Assembly (NCBI GenBank): GCA_035702665.1
Contig: DASSQD010000069.1
Location: 14,201 to 78,200 of the forward strand
Length of the DNA stretch: 64,000 nucleotides
DNA from: Burkholderiales bacterium
GTDB lineage: Bacteria > Pseudomonadota > Gammaproteobacteria > Burkholderiales > SG8-39
Direction: 5' to 3'
The position numbers and the translations under genes are program-made. The notes under the pieces were generated by a model. The model did no database searches. It was not told the DNA's origin and worked only from the letters and a program-made list of their open reading frames with translations. Positions 21,291-31,904 of the stretch are shown here, one piece after another. How positions within the stretch are numbered: position 1 is the stretch's first letter; the number at the start of each line of letters is the position of its first letter.

Positions 21291-23338
21291 CGCTCACGTT
21301 CCGCGACAGCCCGTTCCGGCTCGCCCAGACCTTCCCTCCGGCGGGCGATCAGCCCGAGGCCATCGACCGGCTGGTCGAGGGCATTCGGGACGGGCTCTCG
21401 TACCAGACACTGCTCGGCGTCACCGGATCGGGAAAGACCTTCACCATGGCGAACGTCATCGCGCGGCTCGGGCGCCCGGCGCTGATCCTCGCGCCGAACA
21501 AGACCCTCGCGGCACAGCTCTACGCCGAGATGCGCGAATTCTTTCCCGAGAACGCGATCGAGTACTTCGTCTCGTACTACGACTACTACCAGCCCGAGGC
21601 CTACGTGCCCTCGCGCGACCTTTACATCGAGAAGGATTCGAGCATCAACGAGCACATCGAGCAGATGCGCCTGTCGGCAACCAAATCCCTGCTCGAGCGC
21701 GAGGACGCGGTGATCGTCGCCACCGTCTCCTGCATCTACGGCATCGGCGATCCGGTCGACTACCACGGCATGATCCTCCACGTCCGAGAGAAGGAGGAGC
21801 TGTCGCAGCGCGACATCATCGCGCGGCTGGTCGCAATGCAGTACGAGCGGAACGAGCTCGAGTTCAAGCGCGGGGCGTTTCGCGTGCGCGGCGACGTGCT
21901 CGACGTGTTTCCCGCGGAGCATTCCGAGACGGCCCTGCGGATTGCGCTCGACGGCGACGAGGTCGAGAGCCTGACGCTGTTCGATCCGCTCACCGGCCAC
22001 GCCAGCCAGCGTGTTCCGCGCTTCACCGTCTACCCCTCGAGCCACTACGTGACGCCGCGCGCGACGACGCTGCGGGCGATAGAGGCGATCAAGGTCGAGC
22101 TCGCGCAGCGCATCGACTACTTCCAGAAGGCGGGCAAGCTCCTGGAGGCGCAGCGGATCGAGCAGCGCACGCGCTTCGATCTGGAGATGCTCAACGAGCT
22201 GGGCTTCTGCAAGGGGATCGAGAACTACTCGCGGCACCTGTCGGGCAGGAAGGAAGGGGAGCCTCCGCCGACGCTGATCGACTACCTTCCCCCGAACGCG
22301 CTCATGTTCATCGACGAGTCGCACGTCACGATCGGCCAGCTCGGCGGCATGTACCGCGGGGACCGCTCGCGCAAGGAGAACCTCGTCGCCTACGGCTTCC
22401 GCTTGCCGTCGGCCCTCGACAACCGCCCGCTCAAGTTCGAGGAATTCGAGCGCGTGATGCGCCAGACGGTGTTCGTGTCGGCGACGCCCGCGGAGTACGA
22501 GCGCGAGCGCTCGGGCCAGGTCGTCGAGCAGGTGGTGAGACCGACGGGTCTGGTCGACCCGGCGCTCGAGGTGCGTCCGGCGGCGACCCAGGTCGACGAC
22601 CTGCTCGGCGAGATCCGGCTGCGCGTCGAGCGGCGGGAGCGGGTGCTGGTGACGACGCTCACCAAGCGCATGGCCGAGGAGCTCACCGACTATCTCGGCG
22701 AGCACGGCGTCAAGGTGCGCTATCTGCACTCGGAGGTCGAGACTGTCGAGCGCGTCGAGATCATCCGGGACCTGCGCCTGGGAGAGTTCGACGTGCTGGT
22801 CGGCATCAACCTCCTGCGCGAGGGCCTCGACCTGCCCGAGGTGTCGCTGGTCACCATCCTCGACGCCGACAAGGAAGGCTTCCTCCGCTCCGAGCGCTCG
22901 CTCATCCAGACGATAGGCCGCGCCGCCCGCCACCTGAACGGGATGGCGATTCTCTACGCCGACAGGGTCACCGATTCGATGAAGCGGGCGATCGAGGAGA
23001 CCGACCGGCGCCGCGCCAAGCAGATCGAATTCAACGCGAAACGTGGCATCACTCCGATCGGCATCTCCAAGCAGGTGCGCGACATGATCGAGGGCGCGCG
23101 CGAGATCGAGGACCTCGGGATGCAACTGAAGGCCGCTCAGGAGCAGGCGCGCTACGAGTCGATGTCCGAGAAACAGCTCGCGCGCGAGATCAAGAAACTC
23201 GAGAAGCAGATGCTCGAGCACGCGCGCAATCTCGAGTTCGAGAAGGCCGCCGAGGCGCGCGACCGCCTGGCCGAGCTCCGGCGCGGTTTCTTCGGCGCTT
23301 CGCCCGAGGACGAAGAGCCGGCAAGCGCTCCGGGCTAG
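21287..23338 (+). CDS. uvrB: excinuclease ABC subunit B
   Basis: [17 protein letters not shown], helicase motifs, C-terminal UVR domain ([15 protein letters not shown]). ATG 21287 overlaps the bioA TGA. Confidence 0.97.
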   Translation: MTLTFRDSPFRLAQTFPPAGDQPEAIDRLVEGIRDGLSYQTLLGVTGSGKTFTMANVIARLGRPALILAPNKTLAAQLYAEMREFFPENAIEYFVSYYDYYQPEAYVPSRDLYIEKDSSINEHIEQMRLSATKSLLEREDAVIVATVSCIYGIGDPVDYHGMILHVREKEELSQRDIIARLVAMQYERNELEFKRGAFRVRGDVLDVFPAEHSETALRIALDGDEVESLTLFDPLTGHASQRVPRFTVYPSSHYVTPRATTLRAIEAIKVELAQRIDYFQKAGKLLEAQRIEQRTRFDLEMLNELGFCKGIENYSRHLSGRKEGEPPPTLIDYLPPNALMFIDESHVTIGQLGGMYRGDRSRKENLVAYGFRLPSALDNRPLKFEEFERVMRQTVFVSATPAEYERERSGQVVEQVVRPTGLVDPALEVRPAATQVDDLLGEIRLRVERRERVLVTTLTKRMAEELTDYLGEHGVKVRYLHSEVETVERVEIIRDLRLGEFDVLVGINLLREGLDLPEVSLVTILDADKEGFLRSERSLIQTIGRAARHLNGMAILYADRVTDSMKRAIEETDRRRAKQIEFNAKRGITPIGISKQVRDMIEGAREIEDLGMQLKAAQEQARYESMSEKQLAREIKKLEKQMLEHARNLEFEKAAEARDRLAELRRGFFGASPEDEEPASAPG

Positions 23339-24399
23339 GCGAGCAACCGACCCGGTCCGTCGCCTCCCACGACCACCGGTCCGCCGCTCAGCCAGGGACC
23401 GTCTTGAAGCTGCAGCTGAATCGAATAGCAGGCCAGGGTCCCAGCGGAAACCGTCCCGCGAGGGCCGATCGCGCTTCCCACGACCGAGAAGGGCTGGCTG
23501 CCAACGCACGCCTCGAGCGTCCAGAAGGCGATAGCGCCGGGCGGCGCCCCGCCTGCAACGCCCGTGATTCCCGTGGCCCATTGCGAGGTCCACGCCTGCG
23601 CCCGCCGCCACGATTGCGGCGCGTTCGCGGACAGGGAGCGCACGACGCGGGCCCAAGCCGCCTTGTAGGCGATCGAAAGCTCCAGCGCGTAGCGGGCGCC
23701 GAGCGGCATGTCGCCTTCGATCCGGCGCAGCGCCGTCCCGGTCCCCAGATCCGGCGCGAGCCGCGCCAGCACTTCCTCGGCCCCGTCGAGGCGTGCGGAG
23801 GCCTCTACAGCGGCGAGCACCTGCGACGTCCGCGTCGCCTCGATTGGAATCGAGCCGAGCGCCCGCGCAGCGATGTCGGCCGCGCGCTGGGCGAGCCGGA
23901 TCTCCGTCTCGTCCGCGGGTTGCCGCACCGAGGCGAAAAGGGCGCTCGCGTCGGTCAGGACCCGGCGCCCTGAGTCCAGCAAGGGCTCGGCGACTGGCCA
24001 TGGCAGGGTATCAAGCTCCAGGACGCCGATGCGCGGCGCGCCCGGGAGACGCCCGACGAGATCCGCGGCCTCCCGGCCGAGGTTCGACACCGACCGCACT
24101 TCGCCCACGTGGCTGACGCTGCGGATCCAACCGTGCATCCGCTTGGAGAACGCCGCAAGCAGCGTGGGCGCGCCGGTCGGCAGAACGGCGAGCAACCCCT
24201 CGTTCCAGTACGGGACGAAATGCGTGAGCCAAGCCACGGCGCTCGGCCGCGCGAAAGATGTATACAGCAGCATTGCGCCCAGGTCCTCCTCGCGCATCCT
24301 TGCCTGCAGGGCTGCAAGGCGCGATTCCAGCACCGACACCGGAACCTCGTCGCGCGACCAGCTGATCAGTCCGCGCCGCACGGCTTCATCCGGCCGCAA
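23335..24399 (-). CDS. creatinase/M24-peptidase-like protein, divergent (function unknown)
   Basis: 354 aa with an N-terminal creatinase-N-like layout. I could not identify metal-ligand motifs. Overlaps the upstream M24 gene by 14 nt. Confidence 0.4.
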   Translation of the reverse strand: MRPDEAVRRGLISWSRDEVPVSVLESRLAALQARMREEDLGAMLLYTSFARPSAVAWLTHFVPYWNEGLLAVLPTGAPTLLAAFSKRMHGWIRSVSHVGEVRSVSNLGREAADLVGRLPGAPRIGVLELDTLPWPVAEPLLDSGRRVLTDASALFASVRQPADETEIRLAQRAADIAARALGSIPIEATRTSQVLAAVEASARLDGAEEVLARLAPDLGTGTALRRIEGDMPLGARYALELSIAYKAAWARVVRSLSANAPQSWRRAQAWTSQWATGITGVAGGAPPGAIAFWTLEACVGSQPFSVVGSAIGPRGTVSAGTLACYSIQLQLQDGPWLSGGPVVVGGDGPGRLLA

Positions 24400-25495
24400 C
24401 GGAAAACAGCCGCCTCGGGGTCCGGGTCAGGACCTCGCATCCCTCGTTCGTAACCCGGACAGAATCGCCGTGGACGAAGTAGCCGACCTCGGGGTGATAG
24501 GTATTTGGATGCACGATGAGCGTCATCCCCGCCTCGAGAACCAGGCCGACATCCTCGAGCAACGCCGGCCGCCCGTCCACGTACAGCCCGAGACCATGGC
24601 CGCGGACGCGCGTGTACTCCGATGTCACGTACTCGCCCAGCCCGTGGCGGCGAAAGACCTCGTTTTGGGCGCGCGCCACCTCGCCGGCAGTCGCCCCCGG
24701 GCGCACCGCGGCGATTCCGGCGGCCAGCGCTTCGTCGTATACAGAGAAGGCACGCCGTTGCGGCTCGCTCGGCGTCCCGATGACCAGCGTGCGGCAGATC
24801 TGCGCGTAGTAGCCGTCGACGCACGGCGTCAGCTCGGTCGTCACCAGATCGCCGGGCGCGAGGCGCCTCTCGGTCGGCGGATGCATGCCGCGGACCTCCC
24901 GGCCGCCGGACCCGAGGATCTGGAAATTCTCCGGACAGCCTCGCGAGCGGAAGAACGCCTCGACGTCCGCGACCAGGGCGTACTCGGGGCGGCCGACTCT
25001 CGCCGCGTCGCAAAAGACCGCATAGCCCTCGTCCGCGAGAGCCGCGGCGCGCCGGAACGCGGCGATCTCCAGAGGCGACTTGCGGAGCATCAGCCGGTCG
25101 AGCAGGGCGGTTGCGGCGGCCATGGTCGAGCGCAGGGGACCGGTCGCAAGCCGCTGCGGGACGGCAGCGAGCGGCGCGAGCGCCACGCACTCGCCGTCGA
25201 GCGAGCGTAGCGCGGCCTCGGCCTCTTCGGTGGGCGAAGTCGACCAGGTCACCTGCAGGTCGCCCTGTTCGGCGCGGAAGCGCGCTGCCTCCGCCGGGAA
25301 CTCCGCGATGACCCGCGTCGGCCCCTCGCGCCGCACGAAAGCGAACACCTGGCCCTCGACGGGAGTGAGGTCGACCGCGAAGCGCAGATAGTCGCTGCGC
25401 CAGGGGTTGCCAGCGACGACGAGCAGGTTGATCCCCTCCGCTGCCATCGCCGCGGCGAGACGCGCGCGCCGTTCCGCGCGAAGGCGCTCCGGCAT
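24386..25495 (-). CDS. M24-family Xaa-Pro peptidase/creatinase-like hydrolase
   Basis: MPERLRAERRARLAAAMAAEGINLLVV..PGDLVTTELTPCVDGYYAQICRT..RGHGLGL..LEAGMTLIVHP. ATG 25495; the longer track ORF is a frame run-on. Confidence 0.75.
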   Translation of the reverse strand: MPERLRAERRARLAAAMAAEGINLLVVAGNPWRSDYLRFAVDLTPVEGQVFAFVRREGPTRVIAEFPAEAARFRAEQGDLQVTWSTSPTEEAEAALRSLDGECVALAPLAAVPQRLATGPLRSTMAAATALLDRLMLRKSPLEIAAFRRAAALADEGYAVFCDAARVGRPEYALVADVEAFFRSRGCPENFQILGSGGREVRGMHPPTERRLAPGDLVTTELTPCVDGYYAQICRTLVIGTPSEPQRRAFSVYDEALAAGIAAVRPGATAGEVARAQNEVFRRHGLGEYVTSEYTRVRGHGLGLYVDGRPALLEDVGLVLEAGMTLIVHPNTYHPEVGYFVHGDSVRVTNEGCEVLTRTPRRLFSVAAG

Positions 25496-25500
25496 AGCAT

Positions 25501-26466
25501 TCACTCCGCCTTGATCCCGCCCCTCTCGACGATGGACTTGTAGCGCGCCGACTCCGACTTGAGGAACGTCGCGGTCTCGGCCGGCGGAAGCCCGATCGGG
25601 ACATGGCCAAGCTCGCCGATGCGCTTGCGTACGGCGCCGTCCGCGAGGACCGTGCGGAAATCGGCGGCGAGGCGCTCGACGATGCGCGGATTCGTGCCGT
25701 GCGGTGCGGCGAGCGCCCACCAGTTCCCGCCGACCAGTTGCGGGAAGCCGGCTTCGACCGTGGTCGGAACGTCGGGCAGCTCGGCCAAGCGCTCGCGCGC
25801 CATCACCGCGAGCACCCGCAGCTTGCCGGCTCTCACCGGGCCGATGATCCCGGTCCAGGTGGGGAAGGCCATCTGAATGTCGCCGGCGAGCAGCCCCTGC
25901 ACCATGGGCGGCGTTCCTTTGTACGGCACGTAGACCACGGCGTTTCCGGCCTGCTGCGAGAACGCGGCGCCGGTGAGGTGGGCGGGGGAACCCGAGCCGG
26001 GCGAACCGTAGTTGTATTTTCCGGGACTCGCGCGCACGTAGCGCGCGAGCTCCCCGAGCGAGCGGGCGGGGACATCGGCTCCGACCACCGCGAGCAGCGG
26101 CGCGTCGGCGAGCAGCGAGATCGGGTCGAGCGCGGCGAGCGGGTCGAAGCCCAGATTCGGGAACATGTGCTGGATAACCGCGAACACCGCCGTCGGCCCG
26201 AGCAGCAGGGTGTAGCCGTCCGGCGCGGCGCGCACGACCTCGCCCATGCCGATGGCGCCGTCGGCGCCCGGCTTGCTCTCGACGACGAAGCGCTGCCCCA
26301 GTTCCGCCTCGACTCCGGGCGCCATCGTGCGGAAGATCGCTTCGGCAACGCTGCCCGCGGCGAACGGAATCACGACGCGTACCGGCCGGGTGGGCCAGTC
26401 TTGCGAAACGCCAATCGACGGAGCGAGCGCCGCGGCGGCGATCGCCAGGATGTGTCTCAGGCTCAT
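25501..26466 (-). CDS. Bug-family tripartite tricarboxylate transporter substrate-binding protein
   Basis: Signal peptide MSLRHILAIAAAALAPSIGVSQ, then WPTRPVRVVIPFAAGS..DGYTLLL. Second Bug paralog in the window. Confidence 0.85.
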   Translation of the reverse strand: MSLRHILAIAAAALAPSIGVSQDWPTRPVRVVIPFAAGSVAEAIFRTMAPGVEAELGQRFVVESKPGADGAIGMGEVVRAAPDGYTLLLGPTAVFAVIQHMFPNLGFDPLAALDPISLLADAPLLAVVGADVPARSLGELARYVRASPGKYNYGSPGSGSPAHLTGAAFSQQAGNAVVYVPYKGTPPMVQGLLAGDIQMAFPTWTGIIGPVRAGKLRVLAVMARERLAELPDVPTTVEAGFPQLVGGNWWALAAPHGTNPRIVERLAADFRTVLADGAVRKRIGELGHVPIGLPPAETATFLKSESARYKSIVERGGIKAE

Positions 26467-26522
26467 GTCCCCTCGCAGCCGTTATAGTTGTCCTTCGCGA
26501 TTCTATAAGGTTGGAATGAACG

Positions 26523-27011
26523 ATGCGCAACAACCGGCTCCGCGTTCTCTTCGTGTGCACCGGCAACATCTGCCGCTCGCCCACCGCGGAGGGCGTATTC
26601 CGCAAGCTCATCGCCGACGCGGGGATGTCGGAAGCGATCGTCGCGGATTCGGCCGGCACGCATGCCTACCACGTCGGCGAGCCGCCCGATCCTCGCGCAC
26701 AAAGCGCGGCCGCGCGCCGGGGGTACGACCTGACCGGCCTGCGCGCGCGCAAAGTCGAACGCGCGGATTTCGAGCGCTTCGACCTGATCGTCGCGATGGA
26801 TCTCGAGCATTTCGAGATCCTCTCGCGCATCGCCGACCCCGCATCCTCCCGCAAATTGAGGATGATGATGTCCTTCGGGAAGCGCTTCAGGGAGAAGGAC
26901 GTGCCCGATCCGTATTACGGCGGCCCGCAGGATTTCGAGCGAGTGCTCGACATGCTGGAGGACGCGGCGCGCGGCCTGCTCGACGTCCTGCGCAGGCCGG
27001 CGCGGCAGTAG
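26523..27011 (+). CDS. low-molecular-weight protein-tyrosine phosphatase
   Basis: VLFVCTGNICRSPTAEG (the CX5R(S/T) loop) and a C-terminal DPYYG. Confidence 0.9.
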   Translation: MRNNRLRVLFVCTGNICRSPTAEGVFRKLIADAGMSEAIVADSAGTHAYHVGEPPDPRAQSAAARRGYDLTGLRARKVERADFERFDLIVAMDLEHFEILSRIADPASSRKLRMMMSFGKRFREKDVPDPYYGGPQDFERVLDMLEDAARGLLDVLRRPARQ

Positions 27012-27014
27012 CGG

Positions 27015-29612
27015 CTAGGGCTTCGACTCCGGCGGAGGGGTCGTTCCCACCTGGACCAGCGGTTCGTTGATGTCGGGCGGGGGCGGACGCCGTTCGCGCT
27101 TCGCCGGAACGAACTCGGCGTCCGGCGGAAGCTCGATGGGGCCCGATGTGCGCGTCTGAACCATCTCCAGGCCGCTGTCACGCAGCGCGCGCTCGATCTC
27201 GGCGGGATCCGGCTCGCGCAGCTCCGGCGGTTCACGCCTCGCGGGAGCAGGTGCAGCCGATGGCGCGTGCGTCTCGACCGGTACCTGCACCGGCTCGTGC
27301 GCCGCAACGGGTGCCTGCACCGGCTCCTGCGTCGCAGCTTCGAGCGAACGCAGCTCGTCGGGCGTAGGTGCGACCGGAGAACGAGAGTCGGGACGAGGTT
27401 GCCGTTGACGCTGCTCGTCGTTGCGATTGGACGAGCCCTGACCCGGGATGTCTCGGCGCTCGCCTCGATCTCCGCGGTCCCGGCCGCCGCGGCGTCTGCG
27501 CCGGCCTCCATGCTCGCCTTCCCTGCGCTCGTTGCCCTGCTGTGGCGGACGTTCGGGTTGGCCCTGCTGTTCGTGAGGGCGCTCCTGGCGTTGCGGCTGG
27601 CGGTCGCCGTGCTGCTGGTCCCGCTGCTGCCGGTCTCCCCGGTCCTGTCGCTGGGGACGATCGCCGCGGCCTTCGCGCCGATCTCCCCCCCGCTGCTCGC
27701 CGCGGCCCTCGCCGCGCTGGCGGAAGCGATCGCGATCTCCACGATCGCGATCTCCACGATCACGACGAGGTTCTTGCCGCTCGGGGCGCGTCTCGCGCCG
27801 CGGGGGCTGGGCCGGCGCGGCTTGCGCCTGCGCTCGGGGTGGGGCTTCGCCAGCGAGCCAGCTGAAGAATTTGCCGAGGAATCCCTGCTGCGGCGCGCCG
27901 GCCGGCCGCGGCTCGGCGCGCACCGCCTGCGACTCGGGCCGCAGGGGCTGCAGGGCCGGCGCTCCCATGGGCGCGGGCCGCTCCGGGATGACACCCCGCA
28001 CAGCTGGTTGCAGTCGCGGCGGACGCGCGTCCTCGGACGCCTGCTCCTTCGCCTGTTCCTCCGCGGGCGCGCTCACCATGTTGTAGCTGGCGGGTAGGGC
28101 GTCGGACTGATTCAGATCGTCGTGACGAAGGCGATCGACCTTGTAGTTCGGCGTTTCCAGGTGCGTGTTCGGGATCAGCACGACGTTCACCTTGAGGCGC
28201 GCCTCGATCGAATGGATGTCGGCTCGCTTCTCGTTCAGCAGGAAAGTTGCGACGTCCACCGGGACCTGGGCGTGCACGGCGGCGCTGTTTTCCTTCATCG
28301 CCTCCTCCTGGATGATGCGCAGGATGTGCAGAGCCGTGGATTCGGTGCCGCGAATGTGCCCGGTACCGTTGCATCGCGGGCAGGTGATGTTGCTGCCCTC
28401 GCCGAGCGAGGGCCGCAGCCGCTGGCGCGACAGCTCCATCAGGCCGAAGCGCGAGATCTTGCCCATCTGGACGCGCGCGCGGTCGTAGCGCAGCGCATCG
28501 CGCAGCCGGTTCTCGACTTCGCGCTGGTTGCGCTGGTTCTCCATATCGATGAAGTCGATGACGATCAGGCCGCCCAGGTCGCGCAGCCGCAGCTGGCGCG
28601 CGATCTCTTCGGCGGCCTCGAGATTGGTGTTGAACGCCGTCTGCTCGATGTCGTGCCCGCGCGTGGCGCGCGCCGAGTTGACGTCGATGGATACCAGCGC
28701 CTCGGTGTGGTCGATCACGACCGCGCCGCCCGCGGGCAGCGAGACCTGGCGCGAATACGCCGTCTCGATCTGGTGCTCGATCTGGAAACGCGAGAACAGC
28801 GGTACGTCGTCGTGATAGCGTTTCACGCGCCCGACGTTGTCGGGCATGACGTTGCTCATGAAGGCCAGCGTCTGCTCGTAGATCGGGTCGGTATCGATCA
28901 GGATTTCGCCGATGTCGGGCTGGAAGTAGTCGCGCACCGCGCGGATCACGAGGCTGCCTTCCTGGTAGATCAGGAAGGGCGCGGGGTTGAGCAGCTTGCC
29001 GTCGGGATCGCGCGCGGGCTGGGTCGCCTCGACGATCTTTCCCCAGAGCTTGAGGAGATAGCTGAGGTCCCACTGCAGCTCTTCGTAGGAGCGCCCGATG
29101 CCGGCGGTGCGGCCGATAAGGCTCATCCCCGGGGGCGTTTCCAGCTTGTCCATGATCTCGCGCAGCTCGTCGCGGTCCTCGCCCTCGACACGGCGCGAGA
29201 CGCCGCCGCCGCGCGGATTGTTCGGCATGAGCACGAGGTAGCGGCCCGCGAGGCTGATGAAGGTCGTGAGGGCAGCGCCCTTGTTGCCGCGCTCGTCCTT
29301 CTCGACCTGGACGATCAGCTCGTCGCCTTCGGAGATCGCGTCCTGGATGCGGGCGCGTCCGACGTCGATCCCGGGCTTGAAGTACTGGCGGGCGACTTCC
29401 TTGAACGGAAGGAACCCGTGGCGCTCGGTGCCGTAGTCGACGAACGCGGCTTCGAGGCTGGGCTCTACGCGGGTGATGACACCCTTGTAGATATTGCTCT
29501 TCCGCTGCTCTTTTGCGGCCGATTCAATGTCGAGGTCTATCAGTTTCTGGCCATCGACAATCGCGACACGGAGTTCTTCGGCCTGTGTCGCATTAAAAAG
29601 CATGCGCTTCAT
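27015..29612 (-). CDS. rne: ribonuclease E
   Basis: [30 protein letters not shown], then the S1 and catalytic core, then an Arg/Asp/Gly/Pro-rich low-complexity C-terminal half. Divergent from rluC as in E. coli. Confidence 0.95.
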   Translation of the reverse strand: MKRMLFNATQAEELRVAIVDGQKLIDLDIESAAKEQRKSNIYKGVITRVEPSLEAAFVDYGTERHGFLPFKEVARQYFKPGIDVGRARIQDAISEGDELIVQVEKDERGNKGAALTTFISLAGRYLVLMPNNPRGGGVSRRVEGEDRDELREIMDKLETPPGMSLIGRTAGIGRSYEELQWDLSYLLKLWGKIVEATQPARDPDGKLLNPAPFLIYQEGSLVIRAVRDYFQPDIGEILIDTDPIYEQTLAFMSNVMPDNVGRVKRYHDDVPLFSRFQIEHQIETAYSRQVSLPAGGAVVIDHTEALVSIDVNSARATRGHDIEQTAFNTNLEAAEEIARQLRLRDLGGLIVIDFIDMENQRNQREVENRLRDALRYDRARVQMGKISRFGLMELSRQRLRPSLGEGSNITCPRCNGTGHIRGTESTALHILRIIQEEAMKENSAAVHAQVPVDVATFLLNEKRADIHSIEARLKVNVVLIPNTHLETPNYKVDRLRHDDLNQSDALPASYNMVSAPAEEQAKEQASEDARPPRLQPAVRGVIPERPAPMGAPALQPLRPESQAVRAEPRPAGAPQQGFLGKFFSWLAGEAPPRAQAQAAPAQPPRRETRPERQEPRRDRGDRDRGDRDRFRQRGEGRGEQRGGDRREGRGDRPQRQDRGDRQQRDQQHGDRQPQRQERPHEQQGQPERPPQQGNERREGEHGGRRRRRGGRDRGDRGERRDIPGQGSSNRNDEQRQRQPRPDSRSPVAPTPDELRSLEAATQEPVQAPVAAHEPVQVPVETHAPSAAPAPARREPPELREPDPAEIERALRDSGLEMVQTRTSGPIELPPDAEFVPAKRERRPPPPDINEPLVQVGTTPPPESKP

Positions 29613-29983
29613 TCGTTTTTCTCCCGCGCGCACGGGCAGGACAAACCAAGGCCTGTTGTGAAGGCTAGCTTCGCATCGGTGATCGCTGGATCATGGAACG
29701 CGTTGTTGGTCTGTCGTCCCGGACTCTGCATTGCAGAACCCGTGGAATCTGCCGATATGCTGTCGGCGCGCTGTTCTATTACTATCTAGTTAATTTTCAC
29801 TGGTTGGATAACCAACCGCCTTTGCGGCTTCGGGTTCCTGCGCGGAGCGATGGACCTTGCGCCATCGGCGGCATTGGAACCGGGGACAGGGTAGCCAGTC
29901 TTGTCTGGGGGCGAGAAAATCCGCACCTTCGCATGTACAAGCAGCCGTCCCGCAACGGAAGCAGCGCGCAGATCATAAACAAA
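29613..29983 (-). promoter_or_regulatory. 371-bp rne/rluC divergent region; candidate long structured rne 5' leader
   Basis: Noncoding, with lower GC than the flanks. Contains hairpins such as GGTTGG-ATAA-CCAACC at 29802-29817. E. coli rne has a ~360-nt autoregulatory leader in the same position. Confidence 0.4.
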
Positions 29984-30913
29984 ATGAAGGATTTAAGCAA
30001 CGTCGCTTCGGTCGAGGTCGATTCCGCAAGCGAAGGCCAGCGCGTTGACAACTTCCTGATGCGCGTATGCAAGGGCGTGCCGCGCAGCCATATCTATAGG
30101 GTCCTGCGCACCGGGGAGGTGAGGGTCAACAGCCGGCGGGTCGACGCGACCTACAGGCTGCGGCCGGGCGACAGGGTGCGCATTCCGCCGCTGCGCAGGG
30201 CCGATCGGCCCGCCAAGGCGGCACCGCCCGTTTCGTCGCTGCCCCCGGTCGTCCACGAGGACGATGCGTTGCTTGTCGTCGACAAGCCTGCCGGGCTCGC
30301 AGTCCACGGCGGGAGCGGAGTCAGCTTCGGCGTGATCGAGCAGTTCCGCGCGGCGAGGCCCGAGCTGAAATTCCTGGAGCTTGTGCATCGTCTCGACCGG
30401 GACACGTCGGGCCTGCTCATCCTGGCCAAGAAGCGCTCGGCGCTCACGGCGCTCCACGCGGCGCTCCGCGAGGGGAGGATGCACAAGCGCTATCTCGCGC
30501 TGGTCCTGGGGAAATGGCGGGAAGAGGAGCGCCGCATCGACCTGCCGTTGCGGAAGTACGTGACGAAATCGGGGGAACGCCGGGTGAGCGTGCACCGCGA
30601 AGGGCGCGAGTCGCAGACGCTGTTTCGCCGCGAGCGATCGCTGCGCGACTTCACCCTGCTTTCGGCGGACCTCCTTACCGGGCGCACTCACCAGATCCGC
30701 GTCCACCTCGCCCACCTCGGCTTTCCGGTCGCAGGCGACGAGAAGTACGGCGATTTCGAGCGCAACCGCGCGCTCGCGAAGCAGGGCCTGCCGCGTCTGT
30801 TCCTCCACGCCTCCGACCTGGAATTCCTGCATCCGGCAAGCGGGGAGCCGATAAGGCTCCATTCGCCGCTGCCGGCGCCTCTCCTGCGCTTTCTGGACAC
30901 CCTCGAGGCGTGA
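29984..30913 (+). CDS. rluC: 23S rRNA pseudouridine synthase RluC-type
   Basis: S4 domain (QRVDNFLMRVCKGVPRSHIYRVLRTGEVRVN) and catalytic HRLDRDTSGLL. ATG 29984 chosen. Confidence 0.88.
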   Translation: MKDLSNVASVEVDSASEGQRVDNFLMRVCKGVPRSHIYRVLRTGEVRVNSRRVDATYRLRPGDRVRIPPLRRADRPAKAAPPVSSLPPVVHEDDALLVVDKPAGLAVHGGSGVSFGVIEQFRAARPELKFLELVHRLDRDTSGLLILAKKRSALTALHAALREGRMHKRYLALVLGKWREEERRIDLPLRKYVTKSGERRVSVHREGRESQTLFRRERSLRDFTLLSADLLTGRTHQIRVHLAHLGFPVAGDEKYGDFERNRALAKQGLPRLFLHASDLEFLHPASGEPIRLHSPLPAPLLRFLDTLEA

Positions 30914-31563
30914 TGCGCTACGCGCTGCTGGTATTCGACTGGGACGGCACGCTGATCGACTCGGCCGCAGCGATTGTCCACAGCATCCAGTCGGCTTGCC
31001 GCGACCTCGGACTGCCCGTGCCCGACGACGCGCGCGCCAGCCATGTGATCGGTCTCGGGCTGCAGGACGCGCTCGCCTACGCCGTGCCGGGGCTCCCCGA
31101 GGCGGACTACGGCAGAATGGTCGAGCGTTACCGCCTGCATTTCCTCGCCCGGGACGCGGCGATCCCGCTGTTCCCGGGCGCGGCAGCTTTGCTTTCGGCG
31201 CTTCGCGATAGCGGACATGTTCTCGCCGTCGCCACCGGAAAGAGCCGCAAGGGCCTCGCGCGGGCGCTGGACAATACCGGCCTGCGGCCGCTGTTCGCCG
31301 CGTCGCGCTGCGCCGACGAGTGCTCACCCAAGCCGGCACCCGACATGCTGCTCGAGCTGATGAACGAGCTCGGCACCAGCGAAGCGAACACGCTCATGAT
31401 CGGCGATACGGTGCACGACCTGCAGATGGCGGCGCGCGCCGGCGTGCCCGCCGTCGCGGTGAGCTACGGCGCGCACGCCAGGGCCGATCTCGAGGCGCTG
31501 GCGCCGCTTGCCTGCGTCGACAGCATCGAGGAGCTGACCCTATGGCTGCGGCGGAACGCGTGA
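30913..31563 (+). CDS. HAD-superfamily hydrolase (phosphoglycolate phosphatase-like)
   Basis: LLVFDWDGTLIDS (DxDxT) and MIGDTVHDLQMA. ATG shares its A with the rluC TGA. Confidence 0.8.
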   Translation: MRYALLVFDWDGTLIDSAAAIVHSIQSACRDLGLPVPDDARASHVIGLGLQDALAYAVPGLPEADYGRMVERYRLHFLARDAAIPLFPGAAALLSALRDSGHVLAVATGKSRKGLARALDNTGLRPLFAASRCADECSPKPAPDMLLELMNELGTSEANTLMIGDTVHDLQMAARAGVPAVAVSYGAHARADLEALAPLACVDSIEELTLWLRRNA

Positions 31564-31904
31564 TCTGCGCGAGCGCCGACCTCGCCGACGGCGGGGATGG
31601 CGTACGCTTCGAGGTCGACGTCGACGGGAAACCCGAGCCGGCATTCGCCGTGCGCTACGCCGGGCGTGTCTATGCGTACCTCAACCGTTGTGCGCACATG
31701 CCCATGGAGCTGGACTGGAAGGCCGGCAAGTTCTTTGATGCTTGGGGCCTGCATTTGATATGCTCGACGCACGGCGCCACTTACGCGCCGGACACGGGCC
31801 GATGCGTTCGCGGGCCCTGCTTCGAGGAAGGGCTCGTATCCATTCCCGTCGAGGAGCGCGACGGCCGGGTCTTCGTGAAAGGCAATCCTTATGGCCGAGG
31901 CTGA
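31542..31904 (+). CDS. Rieske [2Fe-2S] domain protein
   Basis: CAHMPMELD...CSTHGATY (the CxH...CxxH pattern). 120 aa. Confidence 0.8.
   Translation: MAAAERVICASADLADGGDGVRFEVDVDGKPEPAFAVRYAGRVYAYLNRCAHMPMELDWKAGKFFDAWGLHLICSTHGATYAPDTGRCVRGPCFEEGLVSIPVEERDGRVFVKGNPYGRG

Noticed and set aside
21221-24001. 926-aa ORF on the minus strand, with similar very long ORFs at 2987-4069, 3856-5178, 6307-7773, 10058-11683, 14316-16130, 39622-41058, 47309-49328, 57988-59967 and 60650-62263
   Set aside because: All lie antisense to, or out of frame with, genes that have clear family motifs. Their translations are Arg/Ala/Gly/Pro-rich with no motifs. This is the usual stop-codon-poor shadow frame of GC-rich DNA.
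26482-26508. Inverted repeat TTATAG-N15-CTATAA between the Bug gene and the tyrosine phosphatase
   Set aside because: The arms are only 6 bp, so it is easily a chance match in an AT-richer promoter region. No supporting evidence.
27700-27800. Short tandem repeats that might suggest a CRISPR or minisatellite
   Set aside because: There are only two 15-bp units, they lie inside the rne coding frame, and they encode an RGDRD repeat. There are no spacers and no cas genes.
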